From Macrostomum lignano (Eukaryota), in the NCBI GenBank assembly GCA_002269645.1, contig NIVC01000981.1:191801-255800 (forward strand): a stretch of DNA of 64,000 nt, read 5' to 3'. This document shows positions 37,741 through 48,964 of the stretch, piece by piece. The position numbers and the translations under genes are program-made. Under the pieces are notes generated by a model. The model ran no database searches and had not been told where the DNA came from. It saw only the letters and a program-made list of their open reading frames with translations. Numbering within the stretch: position 1 is the first letter of the stretch; every line of letters starts with the position of its first letter.

Positions 37741-38368
37741 CAGGTAGATTGGGTAGACAAGTATACTGGGTAGACAGGTATACTGGGTAGACAGGTAGAT
37801 TGGGTAGACAGGTAGATTGGGTAGACAAGTATACTGGGTAGACAGGTATACTGGGTAGACAGGTAGATTGGGTAGACAGGTAGATTGGGTAGACAAGTAT
37901 ACTGGGTAGACAGGTATACTGGGTAGACAGGTATACTGGGTAGACAGGTATACTGGGTAGACAGGTATACTGGGTAGACAGGTATACTGGGTAGACAGGT
38001 AGATTTGGTAAACAGGTAAATTGGGTGAGCATGTAGATTATGTAGGCAGGTAGATTGGGTAGACAGGTAAATTGGTTAGACAGGTAGATGGGGTAGACAG
38101 GTAGATTAAGTAGACAGGTAGATTGGGTAGACAGGTAGATTGGGTAGACAGGTAGATTGGGTAGACAGGTAGATTGGGTAGACAGGTAGATTGGGTAGAC
38201 AGGTAGATTGGGTAGACAGGTAGATTGGGTAGACAGGTAGATTGGGTAGACAGGTAGATTGGGTAGACAGGTAGATTGGGTAGACAGGTAGATTGGGTAG
38301 ACAGGTAGATTGGGTAGACAGGTAGATTGGGTAGACAGGTAGATTGAGTAGACAGGTAGATCGGGTAG
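37741..38368 (+). repeat. 17-bp minisatellite array (GGGTAGACAGGTAGATT), ~37 units
   Basis: Directly visible; GGTATACT variant units at ~37760-37990. Confidence 0.97.
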
Positions 38369-38376
38369 CAGCTCAC

Positions 38377-38590
38377 AGCCTGCTGTCCCGTCTGGCCGGG
38401 GGGCTGTCCAGCTCGCTGGCTCTCGCAGCCGATGTTGCGGCATCGCCGGAAGACGCGGCCTCCTTGCTGGCTAGCGGGCGATTCCGGCAGCAGAAGAAGA
38501 CCAGGATGGCCACCAGGCAGATGATGAGCAGCGTGCAGAACGCAGCCACTATGATGATGGTGAGCGAGCTCACCTCCGGGAAGCCCGACA
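38377..38590 (-). CDS. Echinoid-like receptor, transmembrane exon (214 nt)
   Basis: Acceptor AATTGCAG|. IIIVAAFCTLLIICLVAILVFFCC followed by RNR. Donor CT|GTGAGC; phase 1 to 2. Confidence 0.88.
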
Positions 38591-38627
38591 CTGCAATTCA
38601 GTGGGGAGGCTGCGGGGTAGACACTTC

Positions 38628-39640
38628 TCATTGACTAACCTGTTTACTTGTCTACCCAATCGACCTGTCTACACAATCTACCTGTCTAACCAATCTACCT
38701 GTCTACCCAATCTACGTGTCTACCCAATCTACGTGTCTACCCAATCTACCTGTCTACCCAATCTACCTGTATACCCAATCTACCTGTCTACCCAATCTAC
38801 GTGTCTACCCAATCTACGTGTCTACCCAATCTACGTGTCTACCCCATCTACCTCTTTACCCAATCTACCCGTCTACTCAATCTACCTGTCTACCCAATCT
38901 ACCTGTCTACCCCATCTACCTGTCTAACCAATCTACGTGTCTACCCCATCTACCTGTTTACTCAATCTACCTGTTTACTCAATCTACCTGTCTATCCAAT
39001 CTACCTGTCTACCCAATCTACCTGTCTACCCAATCTACCTGTCTACCCAATCTACCTGTCTACCCAATCTACCTGTCTACCCAATCTACCTGTTTACCCA
39101 ATCTACCTGTCTAACCAATCTACGTGTCTACCCCATCTACCTGTTTACCCAATCTACCTGTCAAACCAATCTACCTGTCTACCCAATCTACCTGTCTACC
39201 CAATCTACCTGTCTACCCAATCTACCTGTCTACCCAATCTACCTGTCTACCCAATCTACCTGTCTACCCAATCTACCTGTCTACCCAATCTACCTGTCTA
39301 ACCAATCTACGTGTCTACCCCATCTACCTGTTTACCCAATCTACCTGTCAAACCAATCTACCTGTCTACCCAATCTACCTGTCTATCCAATCTACCTGTC
39401 AAACCAATCTACCTGTCTTACCAATCTACCTGTCTAACCAATCTACCTGTCTACCCAATCTATCTGTCTACCCCATCTACCTGTCTAACCAATCTACCTG
39501 TCTACCCAAATCTACCTGTTTACCCAATCTACCTGTCTACCCAATCTACCTGTCTACCCAATCTACCTGTCTTACCAATCTACCTGTCTAACCAATCTTC
39601 CTGCCTACCTATTCTACCTGTCTACCCTGCCCAATATCTA
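38628..39640 (-). repeat. Same 17-bp minisatellite in inverted orientation (AATCTACCTGTCTACCC), ~60 units
   Basis: The unit is the exact reverse complement of the 37741-38368 unit. Confidence 0.97.
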
Positions 39641-40404
39641 CCCAATCAACTTCTTACAAAAACTTGCAAAAACATTGCACTGTTCAACTATAAAATTTCC
39701 TTCCTATTTCCTAGAAATGACCTAGTTCAGAAAAAAGCGTCAAAAATCAGTTTAAACAAACAAAACGCAAATCAAGTCAGCCTCTTTGCACGGCGAGGTT
39801 GATTGAAAGCTGTCCCCGTTCGAGAAGGGTATCCGGTGGGGTCGAGCAGAGATTATCGACACGGCTAATCCAGGCTAAAACAGGAATCAAGATCTGAACT
39901 CACGCATGTCTGACAGGACCGCTTTGACACGGTTTCCGCCACTGTCAGCTTTGGGCGGATTTGACATTACTTTTGGTGACTCTAACCTGCTGTCAGCTGT
40001 TAATTAATTCGACCAGATTGCTACCGATTTAACAGGCTGACTTTGCTAGCCGTGTGGGATCCGTGTTAGCACTGCTAGGTAGGGGAGCAGACTATAAATG
40101 GGTTTGGGGATTTGGATTCTACCGCCGTATTGGCTGGTGCTAAAAGGCGAGGGAAGGCGCTTGGGGAGCTGAGGCAGGGACAGAATTTAGGGCAGGCTCG
40201 ATCCCCATATGAGTCACTCACTGGCTCTACATGAAGGGCTTGGAGTTGGAGAGAGGTCCTGGCCGAGCTCGCACTTGGCTGGCGTGATTATTCGCGAACA
40301 TTTATCAAATTAGGCTTGATTGCGACCAGCTGACTGGGTCACTCTGGTGCTTTGCTGACGCTGACAGAAACTGCACCTGGCTCTGTGGTATCTTCTCTAC
40401 TTTT

Positions 40405-40740
40405 CTTCCTCACCTCTCCCCTCTCCCCTCTCTCCCTCAACCGCTCTCTCCCCTCTCTCCCTCAACCGCTCTCTCCCCTCTCTCTTCCCTCCCTCCTTCA
40501 TCCTCTCTCTCCCCACTCTCACCCTCTCTCTCTCACTCTCTCTCCCTCGCCCTCTCTCCCTCACCCTCTCTCCCTCACCCTCTCTCCCTCACCCTCTCTC
40601 CCTCACCCTCTCTCCCTCACCCTCTCTCCCTCACCCTCTCTCCCTCACCCTCTCTCCCTCACCCTCTCTCCCTCACCCTCTCTCCCTCACCCTCTCTCCC
40701 TCACCCTCTCTCCCTCACCCTCTCTCCCTCACCCTCTCCC
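40405..40740. repeat. 14-bp repeat (CCTCTCTCCCTCAC)
   Basis: Directly visible. Confidence 0.92.
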
Positions 40741-41054
40741 GACTCTGTTTCTCGCAGTTCTTACGGCTGCCTTCCGCCATTTTATCGCCCACTCAAATCT
40801 ACATCAGCATGATAGAAGATTATGCACTTGATTTGCATCTTGCGACTGATTTTCTTCTTGCCAAGAGACTACGAGCTAAAACGCGAGTTAAAGGCATCAG
40901 CGCAGAGGCACCCGGCCAAATCCCTAATCAATAGTGCAAATTGAGGTGATTAGTGGATAGAACTCGAACTCAATCAAGGGAATAATGTCCTCCGAGAACC
41001 CTAGTGGCCTTAGGGTTGCTTATTGTGAAGTATGATGACCTGAGGGTAGGAGGC

Positions 41055-41850
41055 TGAGTCCTGAAACTTAGGGACTCGACCTCTGGTAAGCCTAGGCTCT
41101 GAGTCCTGAAACTTAGGGACTTGACCTCTGGTAAGCCTAGGCTCTGAGTCCTGAAACTTAGGGACTTGACCTCTGGTAAGCCTAGGCTCTGAGCCCTGAA
41201 ACTTAGGGACTTGACCTCTGGTAAGCCTAGGCTCTGAGCCCTGAAACTTAGGGACTTGACCTCTGGTAAGCCTAGGCTCTGAGCCCTGAAACTTAGGGAC
41301 TTGACCTCTGGTAAGCCTAGGCTCTGAGCCCTGAAACTTAGGGACTTGACCTCTGGTAAGCATAGGCTCTGAGCCCTGAAACTTAGGGACTTGACCTCTG
41401 GTAAGCCTAGGCTCTGAGCCCTGAAATTTAGGGACTTGACCTCTGGTAAGCCTAGGCTCTGAGCCCTGAACCTTAGGGACTTGACCTCCGGTAAGCCTAG
41501 GCTCTGAGCCCTGAAACTTAGGGACTTGACCTCTGGTAAGCCTAGGCTCTGAGCCCTGAAACTTAGGGACTTGACCTCTGGTAAGCCTAGGCTCTGAGCC
41601 CTGAAACTTAGGGACTTGACCTCTGGTAAGCCTAGGCTCTGAGCCCTGAAACTTAGGGACTTGACCTCTGGTAAGCCTAGGCTCTGAGCCCTGAAACTTA
41701 GGGACTTGACCTCTGGTAAGCCTAGGCTCTGAGCCCTGAAACTTAGGGACTTGACCTCTGGTAAGCCTAGGCTCTGAGCCCCGAACCTTAGGGACTTGAC
41801 CTCTGGTAAGCCTAGGCTCTGAGCCCTGAAACTTAGGGACTTGACCTCTG
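41055..41850. repeat. 45-bp minisatellite (CTGAAACTTAGGGACTTGACCTCTGGTAAGCCTAGGCTCTGAGCC), ~18 units
   Basis: Directly visible; 15-aa periodicity in the spurious ORFs. Confidence 0.97.
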
Positions 41851-42498
41851 AGAACCACATATCGGTTATAGACCAACCCCTGAAGTTCGGAGTACCTCCA
41901 GCATGAACCTAAACACTAAACCCTCGATTTACTTCCAAGTAGAAGTAAGTATTGTAGCCATGTGAAACTGCATCTAGTATGACTCACAATGACTGAAGAT
42001 TGACGGATGGCTCTCCCCGCGAATGATCTCCTTTGCCCCATACGCTGTCAAGAGGCATCAAAGCTACAGGGATGGATGGGAGCGAGGATCAAACGACAAA
42101 GCCCATAATTTTCTCTCCCTTTTCTTCTCTTTGGCTAATCCCAACTTTTTGATTGATTTTTTTTCTGAGCCTTGATTCCTGGTCGATATTAGTGGAAGAG
42201 AACAAAGTGACCCTGTGTGGCTTGAAGAGGACTGCAGTTTGGGTTGCGTAATCAGGGTGTGTGAGAACGCGATTCGGGACAATTTTTTCGGAGCGATATT
42301 CTCTGTACAGTAATTACAAAGCATGAGAAGATTATTGGGACTGCTCTCTTTTTTCCTCTTTTTTCTGAGAAGCAAAAACAACTTAACAAGATGAGAGAGG
42401 AGAAAGGAGAGGGGAGAAAGGAGAGAGGGAGAGGAGAGAGGAGAGGGATATCAGGATAGGCTTGAGCAGGCGAGAGTGGCAACAGGCAGAGGCAGGGA

Positions 42499-42762
42499 GG
42501 CAGTGAGAGCAGTGAGAGCAGTGAGAGCAGTGAGAGCAGTGAGAGCAGTGAGAGCAGTGAGAGCAGTGAGAGCAGTGAGAGCAGTGAGAGCAGTGAGAGC
42601 AGTGAGAGCAGTGAGAGCAGTGAGAGCAGTGAGAGCAGTGAGAGCAGTGAGAGCAGTGAGAGCAGTGAGAGCAGTGAGAGCAGTGAGAGCAGTGAGAGCA
42701 GTGAGAGCAGTGAGAGCAGTGAGAGCAGTGAGAGCAGTGAGAGCAGTGAGAGCAGTGAGAGT
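42499..42762. repeat. 9-bp microsatellite (GCAGTGAGA)n
   Basis: Directly visible, about 29 perfect units. Confidence 0.97.
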
Positions 42763-43813
42763 ACATACAGGCAATAGATTTCTGTCAGATTTGTCGGGCA
42801 GAAGACAGGAAAGTCAGCAGACTGCAGAGGCGGCAAAAAGAATCGCATGTTGCAGCAGCGGCTTGCCACCAACCCTCCCCAGGCCCGTCTCAAGAGAACT
42901 TCACACAGCAGTGCGTGAAGCAGCCATTGCATAAATTTTTTGGTAGAATAAAGAACAAGAGGTGAGAAATGGCGCTTGAAACTGGGGATGAGGTGTTGCA
43001 AAGCAGGTAAACCGCAGCTCCCCCTGAAACTTTCTATTGATTCTGCATGGCGGTCTAGGCTTCTTGGGAAATTGACAAACCTGTGGAAGGTAAGGTGTAG
43101 AAAGGAAGTGGCTTTCCTGCCTCTGGCTAATTGTCTTGCCATTGCCGGGAGGGGTTGTGGGAGCCCTGGAGACTCAGGGCCAAAACTTGGAGTGACAGCT
43201 CTTTCGCACAGCAGGAGGTCTGTCAGCTTCCCTGGCGCAACGCCTTCGGCGACATGGTCCCACAACCGCTGCCCAGTTCGCTGACTTGAGCACACACAAG
43301 AATGAGGGATTTTGGGAAGAGTTTCCACTCCAGATTCTTAGTTCTTGGCCTCCTTGAACGAGGGTTAAGAAGAGAGTGGAAAAGACAACTGCAGAACCGT
43401 TACCTGAAGCTCTCACTGCCTTCCCCTGGTGGCCGAGACAAAATGATTGACATTTTCGGTTTTTACATTCTGTTCCACTCACTGCTAGATAGGTAGGTAG
43501 GCAGTCAGGGGACGGTTGGAGCTGTTTTTGCTGGGAGAAAAAATCTGTCAAAAAGTTGCCCCTGCAGCGGTGGTTGGTCTAAGCATGCGGCCCCGTTAAT
43601 TAGGGAGCTCCTGATGGGCTGCACTCTGCGACTGTCCGAAACAGCCGATGCGCATCTGACAGGTTTTGCGTGTTCTACAAAGCGCGGTCGCTGCGCAGCT
43701 GAACACAGCTGCCCTTAGTTGACCCGAACGGCTATCGTCAGCACTCAGTCTCGATACTTGCATTTTGCGGCCCTGAATTTCTCATCACCACACAGGCATG
43801 TACACACAATGTA

Positions 43814-44434
43814 ACGGAGCTTTTGTCTATGGTAGCAAGGCTTGGCACAGAAGCATTTAGTTTGGTCCAACAAGCATCAATTTGGTCCAAACGATCGTGA
43901 GCCATTCGGCAAATTCTTGCCCCCTAGCAACCGTCTGCAGGTTGTTGAGTACCGCTGGAATATCAGCGTCTCTACCATCAATTTTCAGTCGCCTTTCCAG
44001 AGCTCTGCTGATAGTCCAAATCTGAACTGTTCCTTCAATTTATCTGCTGCACTTCTACAACGTCAACAAAGGGTTCGTCTTAACTGCATCGAGTAGCAGT
44101 TGGACCTGAGGCTCTCGCAACTTGCCTTGGCGATTGCCACCCCTTTGCAAGCGATTTAGGCCGCCAGTGGTTTCAACGCGCTGATGGATGCTGTAAACCA
44201 TATTTTCTTTTACATTCAGCAGCCGTGCAATTTCCTTTGGGTGTTCATCTCTGTCGAGCGCTTCGATCACAAGCCAATGGCCTTGGTTCGACAGCCCAGC
44301 ATATGGTCCACAATTCTGGGTATGATGTTGCACCTCCGCAGCAGTTGCAGATGAAGCAATGGACCAAATTGATGCTTGTTGGACCAAATGAAATGCCGCT
44401 GTGCCAGCCTTGCTACCATAGACAAAGGCTCCGT
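43814..44434 (-). mobile_element. IS630/Tc1-family deletion derivative with ~75-bp TIRs and an HTH-only transposase remnant
   Basis: 43814-43889 and 44360-44434 are reverse complements, each with two TTTGGTCCA repeats, and are TA-flanked. Internal IEALDRDEHPKEIARLLNV...TGGLNRLQRGG...TISRALERRL with stops; no DDE domain. Confidence 0.82.
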
Positions 44435-44542
44435 TACATTGGCAAGCCTATCCTGGATTAAATTCAATGCGCTTAGGCACAAATGAGCGGCAAAAAGCTA
44501 ATGTTATCCGAAGGTCTCAAACACTATAATTCATCAACTCAC

Positions 44543-45445
44543 TATTCTCAGTGGTGGCAGCAGGGCCGCACACGGCTAGCCTGTCAGCCAGACAGAGGGA
44601 CAGTCGATAGGTCAGAGTGGATAGATCCAAGCCCGTTAGGCGTCCATCGCTGGGAGCGTCGCAAGCTGACTGCTGCAGCTTCACCTGACGCCACTGTCGC
44701 TCGGAGGCGTCCAACTTCTGCTGTTGTTGCTGCTGCTGCGTTTGACTTTTTTTTACCGACGCGGCAGCTTCCACCCGAAGGCAGTAGCCCGCCGGCCAAG
44801 CGTCCAGCAGCAGAGTTGTCGCGCTGTTGCCGTCTCGTCGCAGCCCCGTCACGGTGGGCATCGCCAGTTCCGACGTGGTGAAGCGCAACTCCGCCGAGTT
44901 CGAACCGGAACCGAGCTGGTTTCTGGCGAAGACAACCACGGAATAGTTGGTTGCCGGGAGCAGATTCGTCAGGTTGGCTGCCACCGTCCGCAGCGATGAG
45001 TCGTGCTCGATTCGAATTGGTTCGTCAGCTGATCGACCCTCAGGCGGCGGAGTGCAGCGAAGCCACATCGATGCCTGTAGGCCTCCGTCGAATCCTGGTT
45101 GCCATGACAACGAGACTCGATCCCAGTTCGGAGGCGACAACATTCTCAAGTTGGTTGGCGGATCCGGCGGTCCTCTAGGGACCACGTCTACGCTGTGTCT
45201 GGCCTCGCCCAGGGCGTTCCTAGCAACGCAGGTGAACCGACCGTGCGAGCGAACGCCGAACAGCGTTGCTCGGTGCTTGTACGGCGTCAGCGTGTCCTGA
45301 CTGACGTTGCTCACGTAGCTGTTCGACCCGACCTCCCAGGTCACTTTTGGCTTTGGCTGAGCCAGGATTTCGCACTCCAGCGAGATCTCGGAGGCTGCCG
45401 GATCCAAGGCCAGCTTGGTGGTGCTGGTCTGAATCAGCGGCGGAA
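44543..45445 (-). CDS. Echinoid-like receptor exon: Ig7 + FN3 + degenerate second FN3
   Basis: LECEILAQPKPKVTW...GRFTCVARNALG, then PPDPPTNL...LSWQPGFDGG...LTNLLPATNYSVVVFARNQLG. 903 bp, phase 1-1, AG/GT ends. Confidence 0.92.
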
Positions 45446-45667
45446 CTGAAGCGTTTTTTGAGGCGTAATTGGTACTTGAAGTAGCATGCAGTTGTTATGC
45501 TCAATCGACTGACCTCACTCTGCTTCGGGGGTTGGCACGACCGCTACCCAGCCTCTAAGGCTATAGGAAACTCAAAGCTTACTCAAATCGATCCTGAGAT
45601 GTTTACGCTATGTCCTCTCCCTTTGGCTGTTCTATAGTTGATAAATACTTTCAACAGCACTACTTAC

Positions 45668-45804
45668 ACTTGACAACTAGATTAAAAGTTCGCGTTATTT
45701 TGCCGTGCGAATTCTGTGCCGAACAGCCGTACGCCCCGTTGTCTTTCGGCTGTAGAATGCTGCGACTCGGGCCAACGAAGCGCAGGGTGCTTCTCGTCAC
45801 AAAG
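45668..45804 (-). CDS. Echinoid-like receptor exon: second half of Ig6
   Basis: FVTRSTLRFVGPSRSILQPKDNGAYGCSAQNSHG...; not in the ORF track. Phase 2 to 1, CACCAG| and |GTAAGT. Confidence 0.88.
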
Positions 45805-45919
45805 CTGGTGCATTGGTGTGGTCAGGTGAGTGGCATTGTGTATATGCGACTTTAATAGTTGATAAGAAAAGCGTTCGTTAACTCTCGCCCACTCGTTTTA
45901 AATGTGAACGCTGGTCTCT

Positions 45920-46442
45920 GATTTGCCAGTGGCACTTTTCTATCCCCTATTTGGTGTCTGATTGGCTAGCGGCACTTCTCTACCCCTATTTGGTGTCTGA
46001 TTGGCCAGTGGTACTTCTCTACCCCCTATCCGGTGTCTGATTGGCTAGCGGCACTTCTCTATCCCTTATTTGGTGTCTGATTGGCAGTGGCGCTTCTCTA
46101 AGTCCTATTTGGTGTCTGATTGGCCAGTGGCACTTCTCTACCCCCTTTTTGGTGTCTGATTGGCAGTGGCGTTTCTCTAAGTCCTATTTGGTGTCTGATT
46201 GGCAGTGGCGCTTCTCTAAGTCCTATTTGGTGTCTGATTGGCCAGTGGCACTTTTCTACCCCCTATTTGGTGTCTGATTGGCCAGTGAAACTTCTCTACC
46301 CCCTATTTGGTGTCTGATTGGCCAGTGCCACTTCTCTACCCCCTATTTGGTGTCTGATTGGCCAGTGGCACTTCTCTACCCCTATTTGGTGTCTGATTGG
46401 CCAGTGGTACTTCTCTACCCCCTATCTGGTGTCTGATTGGCA
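45920..46442. repeat. 39-40-bp minisatellite (CTATTTGGTGTCTGATTGGCCAGTGGCACTTCTCTACCCC), ~13 units
   Basis: Directly visible; fills the intron 45805-46455. Confidence 0.95.
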
Positions 46443-46455
46443 CTTCCCAACTCAC

Positions 46456-47329
46456 AGCGCAGGGTCGAACTCTCTGCTGACACTATACGCCCCAGGGTCG
46501 AGCTCGCGACCATTTCGACTCCACGCAACTTCGCAGGCTGGCCGACCGCGCACCGCGCAAACCAAAGCAAAGCTGCCCACTCCGACACTGGTCGTAGTTG
46601 TCGTTGTCGTCGCTGTAGAATCGTCTAGCCACCGCGGCGGCTGCTGCACCGTCAGGCTGACGCTGGCAGCGGGACCTCGGCCTGCGGAGTTCTCCGCCAC
46701 GCAGGCGTACTCTCCGCTGTCCTCCAGACCCGTCGACTCAATTGTCAGAGCCGGTCCCGTAGCCACCCTGGTCGACGTGGATGTCCTGATAGTCCACGAG
46801 AAGCCCGGCTCGGGTACACCTGGGCTGAGCAGGCTGGGCCTGCACACCAGAGCAACCCGACTGCCCGACTGAACCACCGAGGTGCCTGCGGTGAACGCCA
46901 CCACCGGCATGCCCGGCGGGTACTGCACCGTCACCTGGACGGTGGCCGAGCCTCGGCCGTTCCTTGGCTCTCGGCCATCGCTCGGTGACATCAGGTTCTG
47001 TGCCTCGCAGGTCCACTCGCCGGCGTCTGTTCTCGCGGCCGCAGTAATGAGCAGCTGGCTGGAGTTGCCGAGGAGCCGGCCGCTGCCCGGGTGCCGCCAG
47101 TTGACGGTAAACGGTGGCGGCTCGGCCTCGACGTTGCAGCCGACCTGCAGGCTGGCGCCTTCGCGAACCATCACGGAGCTGGGCGCCTGGACAGCCGGCG
47201 GGTACAGCACCGTCAGGCTGAAGTCTCGACGTGCGGAGCCGATGGAGTTGCTGGCCAGGCAGCTGTAAGCTCCGGTGAGGTTCCGAGTTACCGAAGGCAC
47301 AGAGTGCAGCAGAGTCGGCTGGGACGCCT
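46456..47329 (-). CDS. Echinoid-like receptor exon: Ig3 (end), Ig4, Ig5, Ig6 (start)
   Basis: Repeated C...W...D.G.Y.C Ig signatures. 874 bp, phase 1 to 2. Confidence 0.93.
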
Positions 47330-47430
47330 CTGCCATGAAATTTCAATTCGTTTTTTAGTTTTTTGAATAAAATTTCCTACTTGCTACTGGTGAGAGTAGT
47401 GCAGTGCGATAGATTCTGCTTGTTTTTTAC

Positions 47431-47559
47431 CTGACAAAGTGGAATTGGATTTGAGCAAAGTTAGTTTGGCTACTGGGTTGGCATCGGCGGTGCAGTTGAT
47501 GCCGACGGAGCTGCCTGCGATGGCTCGCTGCGACGCCACCCGCGGCAGCTTAGGAGCGT
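47431..47559 (-). CDS. Echinoid-like receptor exon: first half of Ig3
   Basis: (Y)APKLPRVASQRAIAGSSVGINCTADANPVAKLTLLK. 129 bp, phase 1-1. Confidence 0.85.
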
Positions 47560-47624
47560 CTGCGGCGGTGGAGAGCGACGGGGGGCGTAGAGGTAGCGAA
47601 ACATTCAGGCCGCTCTATACTCAA

Positions 47625-48880
47625 GCCAGTGTACCGCAAACCTACTCAAGTCAACCACAAACCTACTCAAGTCTACCGCAAACCTACTTAAGTCTACTGC
47701 AAACCTACTCAAGTCTACCGCAAACCTACTCAAGCCTACCGCAAACCTACTCAAGTCTACCGCAAACCTACTCAAGTCTACCGCAAACCTACTCAAGTCT
47801 ACCGCAAACCTACTCAAGTCTACTACAAACCTACTCAAGTCTACTACAAATCTACTCAAGTCTACTACAAACCTACTCAAGTCTACCGCAAACCTACTCA
47901 AGTCTACGGCAAACCTACTCAAGTCAACCACAAACCTTATACTCAAGTCTACCGCAAACCTACTCAAGTCTACTACAAACCTACTCAAGTCTACCGCAAA
48001 CCTACTCAAGTCTACTACAAACCTACTCAAGCCTACCGCAAACCTACTCAAGCCTACCGCAAACCTACTCAAGCCTACCGCAAACCTACTCAAGTCTACC
48101 GCAAACCTAATCAAGTCTACCGCAAACCTACTCAAGCCTACCGCAAACCTACTCAAGCCTACCGCAAACCTACTCAAGTCTACCGCAAACCTACTCAAGT
48201 CTACCGCAAACCTACTCAAGTCTACCACAAACCTACTCAAGTCAACCACAAACCTGCTCAAGTCAACCACAAACCTACTCAAGTCTACTACAAATCTACT
48301 CAAGTCTACTACAAACCTACTCAAGTCTACCGCAAACCTACTCAAGTCTACGGCAAACCTGCTCAAGTCAACCACAAACCTACTCAAGTCTACTACAAAT
48401 CTACTCAAGTCTACTACAAACCTACTCAAGTCTACCGCAAACCTACTCAAGTCTACGGCAAACCTACTCAAGTCAACCACAAACCTTATACTCAAGTCTA
48501 CCGCAAACCTACTCAAGTCTACTACAAACCTACTCAAGTCTACCGCAAACCTACTCAAGTCTACCACAAACCTACTCAAGTCTACCGCAAACCTACTCAA
48601 GTCTACTACAAACCTACTCAAGTCTACCGCAAACCTACTCAAGTCTACCGCAAACCTACTCAAGCCTACCGCAAACCTACTCAAGTCTACTAAAAACCTA
48701 CTCAAGTCTACCGCAAACCTATTCAAGTCTACCGCAAACCTACTCAAGTCAACCACAAACCTTATACTCCAGTCTACCGCAAACCTACTCAAGTCTATTA
48801 CAAACCTACTCAAGTCTACCGCAAACCTACTCAAGTCTACCACAAACCTACTCAAGTCTGCCACAAACCTTCTCAAGAGA
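47625..48880. repeat. 21-bp minisatellite (AAACCTACTCAAGTCTACCGC), ~60 units
   Basis: Directly visible; fills the intron 47560-48964. Confidence 0.97.
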
Positions 48881-48964
48881 ACTAAGGCTACCTCAAACTG
48901 TACTTAAGCCTACTAAAAGCTCACTCTAGGCTGACCCAATATACAAGAGCAAGGAGACACTCAC

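Noticed and set aside
42780-43560. GC-balanced unique sequence with 100-180-codon open frames in the large intron
   Set aside because: No recognisable domain or consistent splice sites, and the receptor model is complete without it.
15795-48880. Regularly spaced 30-45-bp repeats as possible CRISPR arrays
   Set aside because: Units abut with no unique spacers, there are no cas genes, and the context is a spliced eukaryotic locus.
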